A stretch of DNA of 64,000 bases from contig CAZRDO010000001.1 in assembly GCA_964599225.1 (NCBI GenBank), forward strand, positions 15,153 through 79,152, written 5' to 3'. The position numbers were made by a program, and so were the translations under genes. Shown here piece after piece: positions 1 through 8,667 of this stretch. Each line of letters starts with the position of its first letter. Positions within the stretch are counted from its first letter, which is position 1. Origin of the DNA: an uncultured Candidatus Saccharibacteria bacterium. Lineage in GTDB: Bacteria > Patescibacteriota > Minisyncoccia > Phycocordibacterales > UBA9973. The notes under the pieces were generated by a model. The model was given only the letters and a program-made list of their open reading frames with translations, was not told the origin of the DNA and made no database searches.

Positions 1-1
1 T

Positions 2-88
2 GACAGGACCTGGGAGTCGTATAAGAAGACTGTTGAGGGTCAAGCTGATCAATTGGCTGAAAAATTAGGAAGTGTGGGTGTGCTCTAA
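2..88 (+). CDS. mraZ: MraZ transcriptional regulator, C-terminal fragment (5'-truncated by window edge)
   Basis: Frame 2 reads DRTWESYKKTVEGQADQLAEKLGSVGVL*, stop abuts rsmH ATG; canonical mraZ-rsmH order. Confidence 0.75.
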   Translation, partial: DRTWESYKKTVEGQADQLAEKLGSVGVL

Positions 89-991
89 ATGAACAACACT
101 ACCCCTGCTACGCATATTAGTGTTCTTTTACACGAATCAATAGATGGACTCGCACTTCGTCCAGGCATGACGATTGTCGACGCGACATTTGGAAATGGCG
201 GTCATAGTAGAGAAATACTTAGACGACTTAATGGAGAAATAAGAATCATTGCACTTGATCTTGATCCGACAATGCTTGCTCGGGGCAAGGAAAATTTCAA
301 AGATGTCAAAGATAAAATTGTCTTTGCAGAAGCATCATTTCGCGATATTGATACAGTGCTCGCCAAATATAACGTGAGCGAAGTACAAGGTGTGCTCTAT
401 GACCTCGGACTGAATTCACTTCTCTTAGAAGAGAGCAATAAAGGTTTTAGTTTCCAAAAGGATGAGCCACTTATTATGACCTTTTCAGATAATGCGCCCT
501 TTACCGCCGAAGACATTGTAAATGACTGGTCTGAAGAGACGATCGCAAATATTCTCTATGGGTATGCTGATGAACGCTACGCTAGACGTATTGCCAAAGC
601 GATCTGCGACGCTCGTACACGCATGCGTATTAAGATGACAAGCGAACTTCGTGAAATCATATTTGCGTCAGTACCAGCAGGGTATCGCCACGGACGAATC
701 CATCCAGCCACTAAAACATTTCAAGCACTGCGCATTGCAGTTAATGATGAGCTTACTGCACTTACCGAGAGTTTAAAGAAAAGTTTTGCGGTTTTATCTC
801 GAGGGGACCGAATTGCTGCCATTTCGTTCCACAGCCTCGAGGATAAAATCGTAAAACATTTCTTTAAAGATCTCAAGGAAGAAGGAAAGGCCATCATTAT
901 TACAAAAAAGCCAATAACGCCAAGCAAGGAAGAACTCATTACTAACCCACGATCTCGAAGCGCTAAACTTCGCATAGTTCAAAAAATATGA
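89..991 (+). CDS. rsmH: 16S rRNA m4C1402 methyltransferase RsmH
   Basis: HISVLL, VDATFGNGGHS, HPATKTFQALRIAVNDEL, ISFHSLED, NPRSRSAKLR motifs. Confidence 0.97.
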   Translation: MNNTTPATHISVLLHESIDGLALRPGMTIVDATFGNGGHSREILRRLNGEIRIIALDLDPTMLARGKENFKDVKDKIVFAEASFRDIDTVLAKYNVSEVQGVLYDLGLNSLLLEESNKGFSFQKDEPLIMTFSDNAPFTAEDIVNDWSEETIANILYGYADERYARRIAKAICDARTRMRIKMTSELREIIFASVPAGYRHGRIHPATKTFQALRIAVNDELTALTESLKKSFAVLSRGDRIAAISFHSLEDKIVKHFFKDLKEEGKAIIITKKPITPSKEELITNPRSRSAKLRIVQKI

Positions 992-1314
992 CAAAAAAAT
1001 ACAAAAATATTAAATACTACCTTAGAGAAAACGGAAAATTCCTAGTTAGAATTGCCGGTACTCTTGCTATCTTCTCATTCATCTTCTATACGTATTTTCT
1101 TGGCCATACCATTTATAGTGTTGTAGACCGTAAGGCAGTTGAGCATTCAAATGACGTACTCGCCAGTGAAGTGAGTGCAATGGAGTTAGAGTATCTCACT
1201 AGTGTAGGGTCAATCGATCGTGAGTTTGCGCTTAGTCATGGTTTCGGCGAGCCTTTGCATACGTACTATTCAAACCAAAACATTCTCCTAAGTTTCAGAG
1301 ATGATGTCCGCTAA
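988..1314 (+). CDS. FtsL-like bitopic cell division protein
   Basis: Basic N-terminus, one TM helix, short coiled coil; sits between rsmH and ftsI. Confidence 0.55.
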   Translation: MTKKYKNIKYYLRENGKFLVRIAGTLAIFSFIFYTYFLGHTIYSVVDRKAVEHSNDVLASEVSAMELEYLTSVGSIDREFALSHGFGEPLHTYYSNQNILLSFRDDVR

Positions 1315-3016
1315 ATCATTTCATGTTCGTATAGTCATCCTCTCAATAGTAGTTTGTGTTTCTGCCGCGCTACTCGTTGGCAAGCTTTTCTATGTTCAAG
1401 TGGTCCATGCAGGGAACTATAAAGACCGAGCAGACCACCAATATGTGCAAGCGCCTGGAAGTGCCACTGCTCGAGGGACAATTTACTTGACTGAGAAGGA
1501 TGGTCTTCTGATTGGTGGAGCAGTGGATGAAGCTGGGTATAAGCTTGCTATTAATCCATCCCTCATCAAAGACAGTGAGGTAACCTATCAGGCTCTTAAT
1601 GAGATTGTTCCGATTGAGCACTCAGACTTTACAGCGAAAACAAAAAAAACCACTGACCCCTACGAAGAAATCGCATTTAAATTAAATAAAGTAGAGGCTG
1701 ATAAAATTACGGCATTGAAACTTCCTGGTGTAAGTGTATTTAAATCAAAATGGCGTTTCTATCCAGGCAACACACTTGCCGCTCAAACTCTTGGATTCGT
1801 AGCCTATAAAGATGATGCAATCACTGGACGCTATGGGCTTGAGTACATGTACAATGACGTATTGGCGCAAGAATCGCCAGAGCTGTATGTGAATTTCTTT
1901 GCACAAATCTTCTCCAGTATTTCTAAAAGTCTTTTTAGTACTGGCCAAGCAGATGGTAATCTTGTGACCACTATTGAACCAAACGTACAAGGATACTTTG
2001 ATGACGCCCTCAAAGATCTCGAGGCGAACTGGAATGCTGACCAAGTTGGTGGAATTATTATAGATCCAAAAACTGGAGAAATTATCGCTATGGCAAGCAG
2101 TCCTGGTTTTGATCTCAATAGTTTCCAGAATGTAGAAAATGCTTCAGTCTATTCAAATCCAAATGTAGAGAGCGTGTTTGAATTTGGTTCGGTGATTAAG
2201 CCTCTGGTTATGGCAGCAGCAATTAACGAGAAAGTCGTGACGCCAGAAACTACCTACACTGACCTTGGCTCAGTGACTGTTGATAAAAAAATAATTTATA
2301 ATTTTGATAAAAAAGCTCGTGGACTTACTACGATGCAAGGTGTGCTTAACGAATCGCTCAACACAGGTATGGTCTTTGTGGAAGGTAAGCTTGGTAAGAA
2401 CAACGAGCGCGATTACTTATATAAATATGGTCTTGGCGCAAAAACTGGCATCGATTTACCAAATGAGACGCGTGGGCTGACTGATAACTTAAAGAGTCCA
2501 CGAGAACTTGAGTATGCGACTGCAGCATTCGGTCAAGGCATTGCTCTTACGCCTGTACAAGCTGTGCGTGCGTTCTCGGTGCTTGCTAATGCTGGTGTGA
2601 GAGAAATCCCACATGTGGTGCGAGCAATTAAATATGATTCAGGCAGTGAGAAGGAGCTTGAGTTTAAAGACGGGGAAGAGGTTATCAGTGCTGAGAGTGC
2701 ACGTACAATTACCGATATGCTTGTCCGCGTGGTAGATGAAGGTTATGCACAGTACAAACTCGCACTTCCACATTATTCTGTAGCCGCCAAAACGGGTACT
2801 GCCCAGATTCCAGACCATAAGAATGGGGGATATATTGAGGGACAAAACTTGCATTCGATGTTTGGTTATTTCCCAGCGCAAGATCCGAAATTTCTTGTGT
2901 TAATTTATACTAAAAACCCAAAAGGTGTGAAGTATGCTGTGCAATCAACCTCACCAACATTTTTTGATGTCGTGAAATTTCTTCTCTCGTACTATAACGT
3001 AGCACCAGATCGCTAA
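1301..3016 (+). CDS. ftsI: Class B penicillin-binding protein (FtsI/PBP3-like)
   Basis: N-terminal TM, RGTIY, SxxK (GSVIK), SxN (SLN), KTG (KTGTAQ) motifs; dcw position. Confidence 0.9.
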   Translation: MMSAKSFHVRIVILSIVVCVSAALLVGKLFYVQVVHAGNYKDRADHQYVQAPGSATARGTIYLTEKDGLLIGGAVDEAGYKLAINPSLIKDSEVTYQALNEIVPIEHSDFTAKTKKTTDPYEEIAFKLNKVEADKITALKLPGVSVFKSKWRFYPGNTLAAQTLGFVAYKDDAITGRYGLEYMYNDVLAQESPELYVNFFAQIFSSISKSLFSTGQADGNLVTTIEPNVQGYFDDALKDLEANWNADQVGGIIIDPKTGEIIAMASSPGFDLNSFQNVENASVYSNPNVESVFEFGSVIKPLVMAAAINEKVVTPETTYTDLGSVTVDKKIIYNFDKKARGLTTMQGVLNESLNTGMVFVEGKLGKNNERDYLYKYGLGAKTGIDLPNETRGLTDNLKSPRELEYATAAFGQGIALTPVQAVRAFSVLANAGVREIPHVVRAIKYDSGSEKELEFKDGEEVISAESARTITDMLVRVVDEGYAQYKLALPHYSVAAKTGTAQIPDHKNGGYIEGQNLHSMFGYFPAQDPKFLVLIYTKNPKGVKYAVQSTSPTFFDVVKFLLSYYNVAPDR

Positions 3017-3041
3017 CTAAATTTGGAATTAAACCAAGTCA

Positions 3042-3211
3042 CTATCGGAAATAAGGCAACCAGAAAAGACAAGCAATAAAGATCATAATAATCCCTATAA
3101 AGAAGGCGAATATCAATAGATTTTTGTCTATCTGTTTTGGTGTACTAAGCCATACATGATTTCTAATATATCGTTTTTTTTCCGTAGTTTAAGGAAATTT
3201 CGTAAGCTCAT
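3042..3211 (-). pseudogene. Small TM protein gene interrupted by a frameshift in an A8 run (or programmed slippage)
   Basis: ATG 3211 preceded by CATACT+6 nt; one extra A in the A8 run joins MSLRNFLKLRKK to RYIRNHVWLSTPKQIDKNLLIFAFFIGIIMIFIACLFWLPYFR*. Confidence 0.4.
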
Positions 3212-3257
3212 AAATATAGTATGAGTTGAAATTTTGCTAATGTAAAGACTGTTAAAA

Positions 3258-3286
3258 TAGACACTGAACGAACGTTCATGTATACT
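3258..3286 (+). promoter_or_regulatory. sigma70 promoter of lexA operon with SOS-box-like palindrome TGAAC-N4-GTTCA (3265-3278) in the spacer
   Basis: TAGACA (3258-63), 17 nt, TATACT (3281-86), 6 nt, ATG 3293; perfect palindrome matching GAAC-N4-GTTC. Confidence 0.8.
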
Positions 3287-3292
3287 TACCGC

Positions 3293-3856
3293 ATGGAATA
3301 TACTCTTGATCGAATCAGATATTTTTATGAAAAAGAGAATCGCATGCCCTCATATGAGGAAGCGACGAAGCTCTTTGGTTATCAGTCTAAAAACGCTGCT
3401 TATGGCCGTATACGGAAGTTTATCGAAGAAGGCTATCTCGCTAAGAGCGCACGGGGCAAAGTCATTCCTGGGCCTCGATTTCACCAAATTAAGCTTCTCG
3501 GTCTGGTTGAGGCAGGCTTTCCAACCCCAGCTGAAGAGAACCTCCTCGATACGGTGACACTCGATGAGTATTTGGTGAAGAATAAAGAAGCGACGTTCAT
3601 GCTTCAGGTCAAGGGGGATTCGATGTATGACGCAGGTATTCGCGAGGGTGACATGGTGCTTGTCGAGCGTACTCGAGAAGCCAAGAATGGCCAGATTGTG
3701 ATTGCTGAAGTCGATGGGGCATGGACAATGAAATATTTTCGTCGTGAAGGCAAGCATACCTACCTCGAACCTGCTAACAAAAAATATAAACCTATTATTC
3801 CGAAAGAGAGTCTCACCATTACGGCAGTCGTGAAAGCAGTGATTAGGAAATATTAA
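3293..3856 (+). CDS. lexA: LexA/UmuD-family S24 autopeptidase with N-terminal winged HTH
   Basis: PSYEE..KLFG..SKN HTH; Ala-Gly site (VEAGFPTPA); catalytic Ser (GDSM) and Lys (TMKY); start moved to 3293 because 3278 lies within the promoter. Confidence 0.88.
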   Translation: MEYTLDRIRYFYEKENRMPSYEEATKLFGYQSKNAAYGRIRKFIEEGYLAKSARGKVIPGPRFHQIKLLGLVEAGFPTPAEENLLDTVTLDEYLVKNKEATFMLQVKGDSMYDAGIREGDMVLVERTREAKNGQIVIAEVDGAWTMKYFRREGKHTYLEPANKKYKPIIPKESLTITAVVKAVIRKY

Positions 3857-4138
3857 CCCGCCAATAATTTTTAAAATATGCATTATGTCTATGTTTTGAA
3901 AAGTAAAAAGGATGGTGCATTGTATACTGGGTGTACAAAAGATTTAAAGACTAGATTAGACTTACGTAATGCAGGGGAGATTACATCCACAAGACTTCGC
4001 AGGCCATTTATACTCATTTATTACGAAGCTTTGCTCGACAAAAGTGATGCATTCGCGCGAGAGCAGTGGTTAAAGACTGGCTGGGGCAGAAACCACTTAC
4101 ATAAAATTCTTTCTAACTATTTTAAAAATTATGGCGGG
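3857..4138. mobile_element. Inverted-repeat-bounded GIY-YIG mini-element, copy A
   Basis: Arms 3856-3878 ACCCGCCAATAATTTTTAAAATA and 4118-4139 TATTTTAAAAATTATGGCGGGT pair over 22 bp with one bulge; TAA on both flanks. Confidence 0.65.
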
Positions 4139-4141
4139 TAA
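3878..4141 (+). CDS. Small stand-alone GIY-YIG nuclease
   Basis: YVYVL..LYTGCT.DL..R, ST..RRPF.LIYYEA, A..RE..LK motifs. Confidence 0.92.
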   Translation: MHYVYVLKSKKDGALYTGCTKDLKTRLDLRNAGEITSTRLRRPFILIYYEALLDKSDAFAREQWLKTGWGRNHLHKILSNYFKNYGG

Positions 4142-4142
4142 A

Positions 4143-5369
4143 ATGATTCTTCACGTTGATGGCGACGGATTCTTTGCTTACTGCGAAATGGCAGCCTACC
4201 CGGCGCTTCGTGGGAAGCCTGTGGCAGTGGGTGCTGAGCGTGGTATTGTCACTGCTTCAAGCTACCCGGCTAAGCGTATGGGAGTGACGCGAGGGTTACC
4301 TATGTTTAAACTACGTAAAGAATTTCCTAGTGTAACCGTGCTCCCGTCACACTTCGAACTCTACGAAGCCTACTCAGCAAAGCTCTATGGAGTCCTCACG
4401 CGTCACAGTGATAGAGTTGAACGCTACAGTATCGACGAGTGCTTTGCAGTACTTGAAGATAATGGTGAGGATTGGGATATGAGGCTCCGTGCAATCAAGA
4501 CAGAGGTGCAGGAGGATTTAGGAATCACCTTTTCATTTGGCTTAGCAGAGACAAAGTCACTGGCGAAACTCGCCTCGAAATGGCAGAAGCCTGATGGTGC
4601 GACAGTTATCCGTTCTGGAGAAGAAAGGTTATACCTTGAAGGTACACCAATTGGGAAAATTTGGGGTATTGGTAGGCGAACTGCACAAGTGTGTCTCGAG
4701 CGAGGCATTCGTACCGCACTTGATTTGCGGAGTCTCACACTCCAGGATGTCATGCAGTATTTCTCTCTACCTATTGTCGAAATTTGGCATGAACTTGGTG
4801 GGATACCTATGCATGATGTAGGTAATAATGATGAATCTCGTAAATCGCTTCAAGCCACCCGTACGTTTCCTAAAATACGTGGCGATGCATCAGCGGTTTT
4901 TTCAGAACTCTCATACAACACTGAAGTAGTGACAGCGCGGGCAAGAGAAGAAGGGCTTTTTGCACGAGCGGGCAATATATTTTTAAAAACTAATGATTTC
5001 CGCTACTATACACGGGAGTTTGTGCTACCCGAATACAGTGCTGATCCCAAAGAACTCCTTGCGGTAATTGAGCCAATATTCCAGGAGCTTTATAAACCAG
5101 ATGTCTATTATCGAGCTACTGGCATTACACTCAGTGGTTTACGCGAAGAAGATGAGATAGCACGAGATTTATTTGGCGCACGGGAAGCTAAGCTCAAATC
5201 TGATACATCGTTTCTCACGGCGCTTGATAGCGTACATGAGCGCTTTGGTACTCATGCGCTTTTCCTTGGTTCAAGTTTGGGGGCAGTGGCGAGAAGGGAA
5301 GATACTGTCAGTGTGACTGATAGGTATATTCCAGGATTACCGTATCCGTATTTAGGGGAGGTGGTGTAA
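4143..5369 (+). CDS. dinB: Y-family translesion DNA polymerase (DinB/UmuC-like)
   Basis: ILHVDGDGFFA, SYPAK..GV, YSIDE, KSLAKLAS..KPDG, IWGIG motifs. Confidence 0.9.
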   Translation: MILHVDGDGFFAYCEMAAYPALRGKPVAVGAERGIVTASSYPAKRMGVTRGLPMFKLRKEFPSVTVLPSHFELYEAYSAKLYGVLTRHSDRVERYSIDECFAVLEDNGEDWDMRLRAIKTEVQEDLGITFSFGLAETKSLAKLASKWQKPDGATVIRSGEERLYLEGTPIGKIWGIGRRTAQVCLERGIRTALDLRSLTLQDVMQYFSLPIVEIWHELGGIPMHDVGNNDESRKSLQATRTFPKIRGDASAVFSELSYNTEVVTARAREEGLFARAGNIFLKTNDFRYYTREFVLPEYSADPKELLAVIEPIFQELYKPDVYYRATGITLSGLREEDEIARDLFGAREAKLKSDTSFLTALDSVHERFGTHALFLGSSLGAVARREDTVSVTDRYIPGLPYPYLGEVV

Positions 5370-5389
5370 ATATAGCTTTTAAACAGAAT

Positions 5390-5764
5390 TTATATATGAC
5401 CTACGTCAAAGGAGATTAATTTTTTAAGATTTTCGCTGGTTACATTATTATGCAAAAGATGTCTAGGAAGTAAGCTATCTTCTATAATATTATCACTCAA
5501 AAAAGGCAGAATATACACATCATTATTTCTCCCTAAAACAACCTTTATTCCTTCATTTTTACACCTTTCGATTATTATATCTATAGGGGTAACATTGCCA
5601 GGATACTCTTTATCATCAGCACTGATTCTCTCGTACACGTCAGATTTAATCCCAGGAAATGGGAATTTCTCTCCACTCTCACTGAGTTCTCTTGCTAACT
5701 CAAGCTCTTCTTTTTTTCTACTCAATTTGCTGTCACCATTTTCAACTTTATTTAGTTCTTCCAT
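5390..5764 (-). CDS. Hypothetical protein
   Basis: 124-aa AT-rich ORF; TATACT 7 nt before ATG. Confidence 0.7.
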   Translation of the reverse strand: MEELNKVENGDSKLSRKKEELELARELSESGEKFPFPGIKSDVYERISADDKEYPGNVTPIDIIIERCKNEGIKVVLGRNNDVYILPFLSDNIIEDSLLPRHLLHNNVTSENLKKLISFDVGHI

Positions 5765-5814
5765 ATGAAGGAGTATAGCATGGGCAAGGTATGCTTCACA
5801 TTCATATTTAATGT

Positions 5815-5938
5815 GGTCACAAGTTACTAAGTCTACTCATCATACAAATGATTGTGCGTGGACTAAGTACTTGCGACCCTGTCTGCCGACAGGCAGGCCC
5901 GCCTCGGCGACAAGTATTTTGTCAGCACAAAATCTTGT
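5815..5938. repeat. Cluster of hairpins including REP-like palindrome CCTGTCTG-CCGA-CAGGCAGG
   Basis: Imperfect 64-nt stem-loop 5815-5878, GC-rich hairpin 5878-5897, CCCGCCTCGGCG, hairpin 5910-5938. Confidence 0.55.
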
Positions 5939-6388
5939 ATACCGCCTGTGGCTTCACAACGCCAGAAAAATCCCAAGCAGTTGGGATTATCTCTAGGCGC
6001 TGTGAGCCACTGTACAGGATGTTCGAACTATACTACACAGTATCGACGATCCTGACTTTGATATACCAGTACATGTACCAAACACCTATCAAAAAGGCAA
6101 AGTTAATATTGCTGCGGTGAATACGATAGGTACATGGTTTATAAATAATAAAAGGCGAGATAGCTCGCCTTAGTAGTTTTGGAATGATTGCCCAAATGGT
6201 TGATGCGTTGGTGGGTGGTTTCCACTGACAATTTCATTTATGTATTGACATATCGAGCCAGACATGCTATTATAATATCAGTACTCTTATATATACTAGT
6301 TATTCGGTTGTGCTTGTTGGGTTTTCCTTGGCTCTTCGAAGGGATAAGGAAAACTCAACAAATTTTTAAACACAACAAATAACTCCAT

Positions 6389-6730
6389 ATGTCAGTACAA
6401 AAAATTAGTTTTAATTGTCACACAATCCCTGAATTAAAGGATTGGAAAAATTCTCTCTTTACACCCATCAATAAACAGGAGAATAAAATTATCCTTGTTG
6501 TTGATGATAAAGAGGCGACAAAAGTGACTATCCAGCGGCTGCTAAATGTAAAGGAAATACCACTGAAGAAAGAGGTAAAGATTGCTTTCCACGGCCTTCT
6601 TGGTGAAGTACAATCCTCAAAAGTTTATGACTCTGAAACAGTTTACTTTGACGGGGAAATAAATTTTACGAGAAAAACCTGTAAATTGAAAATGCAGGTC
6701 AATCTCAAGAAACATTTTTTTGCGGATTGA
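6389..6730 (+). CDS. Hypothetical protein
   Basis: 113-aa ORF; upstream TTGACA-17-TATTAT (from 6245); downstream terminator. Confidence 0.65.
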   Translation: MSVQKISFNCHTIPELKDWKNSLFTPINKQENKIILVVDDKEATKVTIQRLLNVKEIPLKKEVKIAFHGLLGEVQSSKVYDSETVYFDGEINFTRKTCKLKMQVNLKKHFFAD

Positions 6731-6750
6731 AATTCACTCAACTTATCTAC

Positions 6751-6779
6751 GGAACTCATTATTGCAATGAGTTCCTTTT
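6751..6779 (+). terminator. Rho-independent terminator
   Basis: GGAACTCATT-attgc-AATGAGTTCC followed by TTTT. Confidence 0.75.
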
Positions 6780-6868
6780 CATTTTTATTCGATATGGAAT
6801 AGCTTTGCCACAAACATCAATTTACCCCGCCTATCCTACCTCCTCTCTCCTCGCTAGACTTGGTGTAT

Positions 6869-7135
6869 ATGGCAATACCAAATAACTTAAAACAAGTTAG
6901 AAAAGCCTGTGGACTGACACAAGTGACAGTCGCAAAGAAGCTAGGCTTCAAAAACTCGGACAGAATATCTAAGTGGGAGTATGGGCAGATGTATCCTCAC
7001 ATGGTGAATCTGCTGAAGTTGAGTCTTATTTATGAGACGAGGGTGGAAGATTTGTATCCGGAGTTGTTGTGGAAGCTTGGAGAGGAGATGAGGCCGAAGC
7101 CGGTGTATTCGTCTGTTCCTTCCGTATTATCCTAA
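6869..7135 (+). CDS. XRE/Cro-family HTH transcriptional regulator
   Basis: NLKQVRKACGLTQVTVAKKLG...ISKWEYG..YP...L.KLS HTH_3 pattern. Confidence 0.88.
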   Translation: MAIPNNLKQVRKACGLTQVTVAKKLGFKNSDRISKWEYGQMYPHMVNLLKLSLIYETRVEDLYPELLWKLGEEMRPKPVYSSVPSVLS

Positions 7136-7148
7136 AATTTATGAACCC

Positions 7149-8153
7149 TTATTTGGAGGACCGGGGACCAGGCGATGGAGGTATAGGTCTTTCAATCGGA
7201 CCACGATTATTAGGAAATTGACCTGGTCTTGCTGGTAACTGAACTATAGGCTGTTGTTGAACTACTTTATACATTCCCTTACCTTGATAATTTTCAAAAA
7301 TCTTAAAGGCTGGAGTTATAAGAAAAGTTAATGTAACTGTATAATTTATATCTTGTATTATTGATTCAAGTGATGGGTTACATTCACTTCCTTTCCTTAC
7401 CTCAACTAATCTTTTTTTAAGCTCATCAATATCAATTAGGCGTCCATGGGATAGATGTCTATCTCCTGCAAGAAATTTACTAGCTACACTAGCCTTGTTT
7501 TTTGCTCTAGGCTTTCCTTTTAACATATAGTCAGCTAACCATTGCTTAACTAGCGTTTCTGTGAGAGCGAGTGCATTCTTACATTCTGTTAAAAGAGAAG
7601 GTCCGTACTGTTGTAAAATTGGCAACCAAGCTGTAATGAAATCCTTATTTCTTTTGAGTTCTTCTTTGGCAGTTTGAAATTGTTTCAATATTGCATGGGC
7701 AGGACTCAATTGTTTTCCATTGATAATCATCTGTGGATCTGTAGGACCAAGTTCGGCATATTCACCAACAATAATTTCATCTCCTGACATAGCAAGCATA
7801 GTTGCAGCACTTTTAGCTATACTTGGAATAATAAACCTAATATTTTTAAATCTAGATCTTAGAAGCTTAACAATAGACTCAGTTGCTTCAGGTGATCCGC
7901 CAGGACTATGAAGTATTACATCAAGATTATCTCCACTGATATCCCTTAACACCTCAAAAAATCCATCCCTATCTCCAAGATTTATAGAAGTATCACCACC
8001 AGCAAGTTGCGCTTTTTTGGCGTTAAACATTTCAACTGCATACAAAATGCATGGCCTACCAGTCATCTGTGAAAGCTCCGCAAGCTTTCCTCTTCTTACA
8101 AGATCAATGTTACCAGAAGCTACCTGAGCATTTAGTTGTTCCCATGTTGCCAT
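7149..8153 (-). CDS. SDH-family (ClpP/crotonase-fold) serine peptidase
   Basis: LDVILHSPGG, AKSAATMLAMSGDEI, LGPTDPQ, SHGRLI motifs. Confidence 0.85.
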   Translation of the reverse strand: MATWEQLNAQVASGNIDLVRRGKLAELSQMTGRPCILYAVEMFNAKKAQLAGGDTSINLGDRDGFFEVLRDISGDNLDVILHSPGGSPEATESIVKLLRSRFKNIRFIIPSIAKSAATMLAMSGDEIIVGEYAELGPTDPQMIINGKQLSPAHAILKQFQTAKEELKRNKDFITAWLPILQQYGPSLLTECKNALALTETLVKQWLADYMLKGKPRAKNKASVASKFLAGDRHLSHGRLIDIDELKKRLVEVRKGSECNPSLESIIQDINYTVTLTFLITPAFKIFENYQGKGMYKVVQQQPIVQLPARPGQFPNNRGPIERPIPPSPGPRSSK

Positions 8154-8335
8154 TGTGTATTTTTGAAACTTATAACAGTCGCCTCACCTGAAGATGCATT
8201 TACAGCTTCATTATATTTTCTTTCACTTATACCAAAAATTTTGAGACTCCTTTCAATTTCAGGATTGCATCTTAGGAATGTTTTGATTTCTTTTGTCAGA
8301 TTGAGTTCCTTCTTGAAACTAGTTTTTCTGGTCAT
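8132..8335 (-). CDS. Small hypothetical protein overlapping the SDH peptidase start
   Basis: 67-aa ORF on the same strand, 22-nt overlap with the peptidase gene. Confidence 0.6.
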   Translation of the reverse strand: MTRKTSFKKELNLTKEIKTFLRCNPEIERSLKIFGISERKYNEAVNASSGEATVISFKNTQWQHGNN

Positions 8336-8489
8336 AGTTTAAACATAACATACCATCATACCTTAGACCATTAGTTAGAAATCGGTCTACATAGGAAAGT
8401 TCGATTCCCACTAGGGTACTAGGTATTTTGGTGAATATGAAGACCTAATAAATCCTTATTTTATAAAGCTTTGGTGATAGTAACAAAGG

Positions 8490-8561
8490 TGACCCTACCG
8501 GGAATCGAACCCGGATTAACGGCTTGAGAAGCCGGCGTCCTAACCGTTAGACGATAGGGCC
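8490..8561 (-). tRNA. tRNA-Glu (CTC)
   Basis: GGCCCTATCGTCTAACGGTTAGGAC...loop TT-CTC-AA...GGTTCGATTCCCGGTAGGGTCA cloverleaf. Confidence 0.95.
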
Positions 8562-8667
8562 ATGTTGCTAGTTGGTAGGTTGTAGTGAGTAGGAGATAGA
8601 ATATACTACCAGCTACCATTTAGCTCTTGAAATATAACATATAGAATAGGAAAAGAAAAAACCTGCT

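Noticed and set aside
5815-5915. Possible tRNA, tmRNA or SRP RNA (CCCGCCTCGGCGACAA resembles a tRNA 3' end)
   Set aside because: No matching 5' acceptor strand, T-loop, tag frame or SRP loop found
5811-6382. ORFs 5811-5996, 5848-6120 and 6188-6382
   Set aside because: They overlap hairpins and a promoter and have no recognisable motifs; likely spurious
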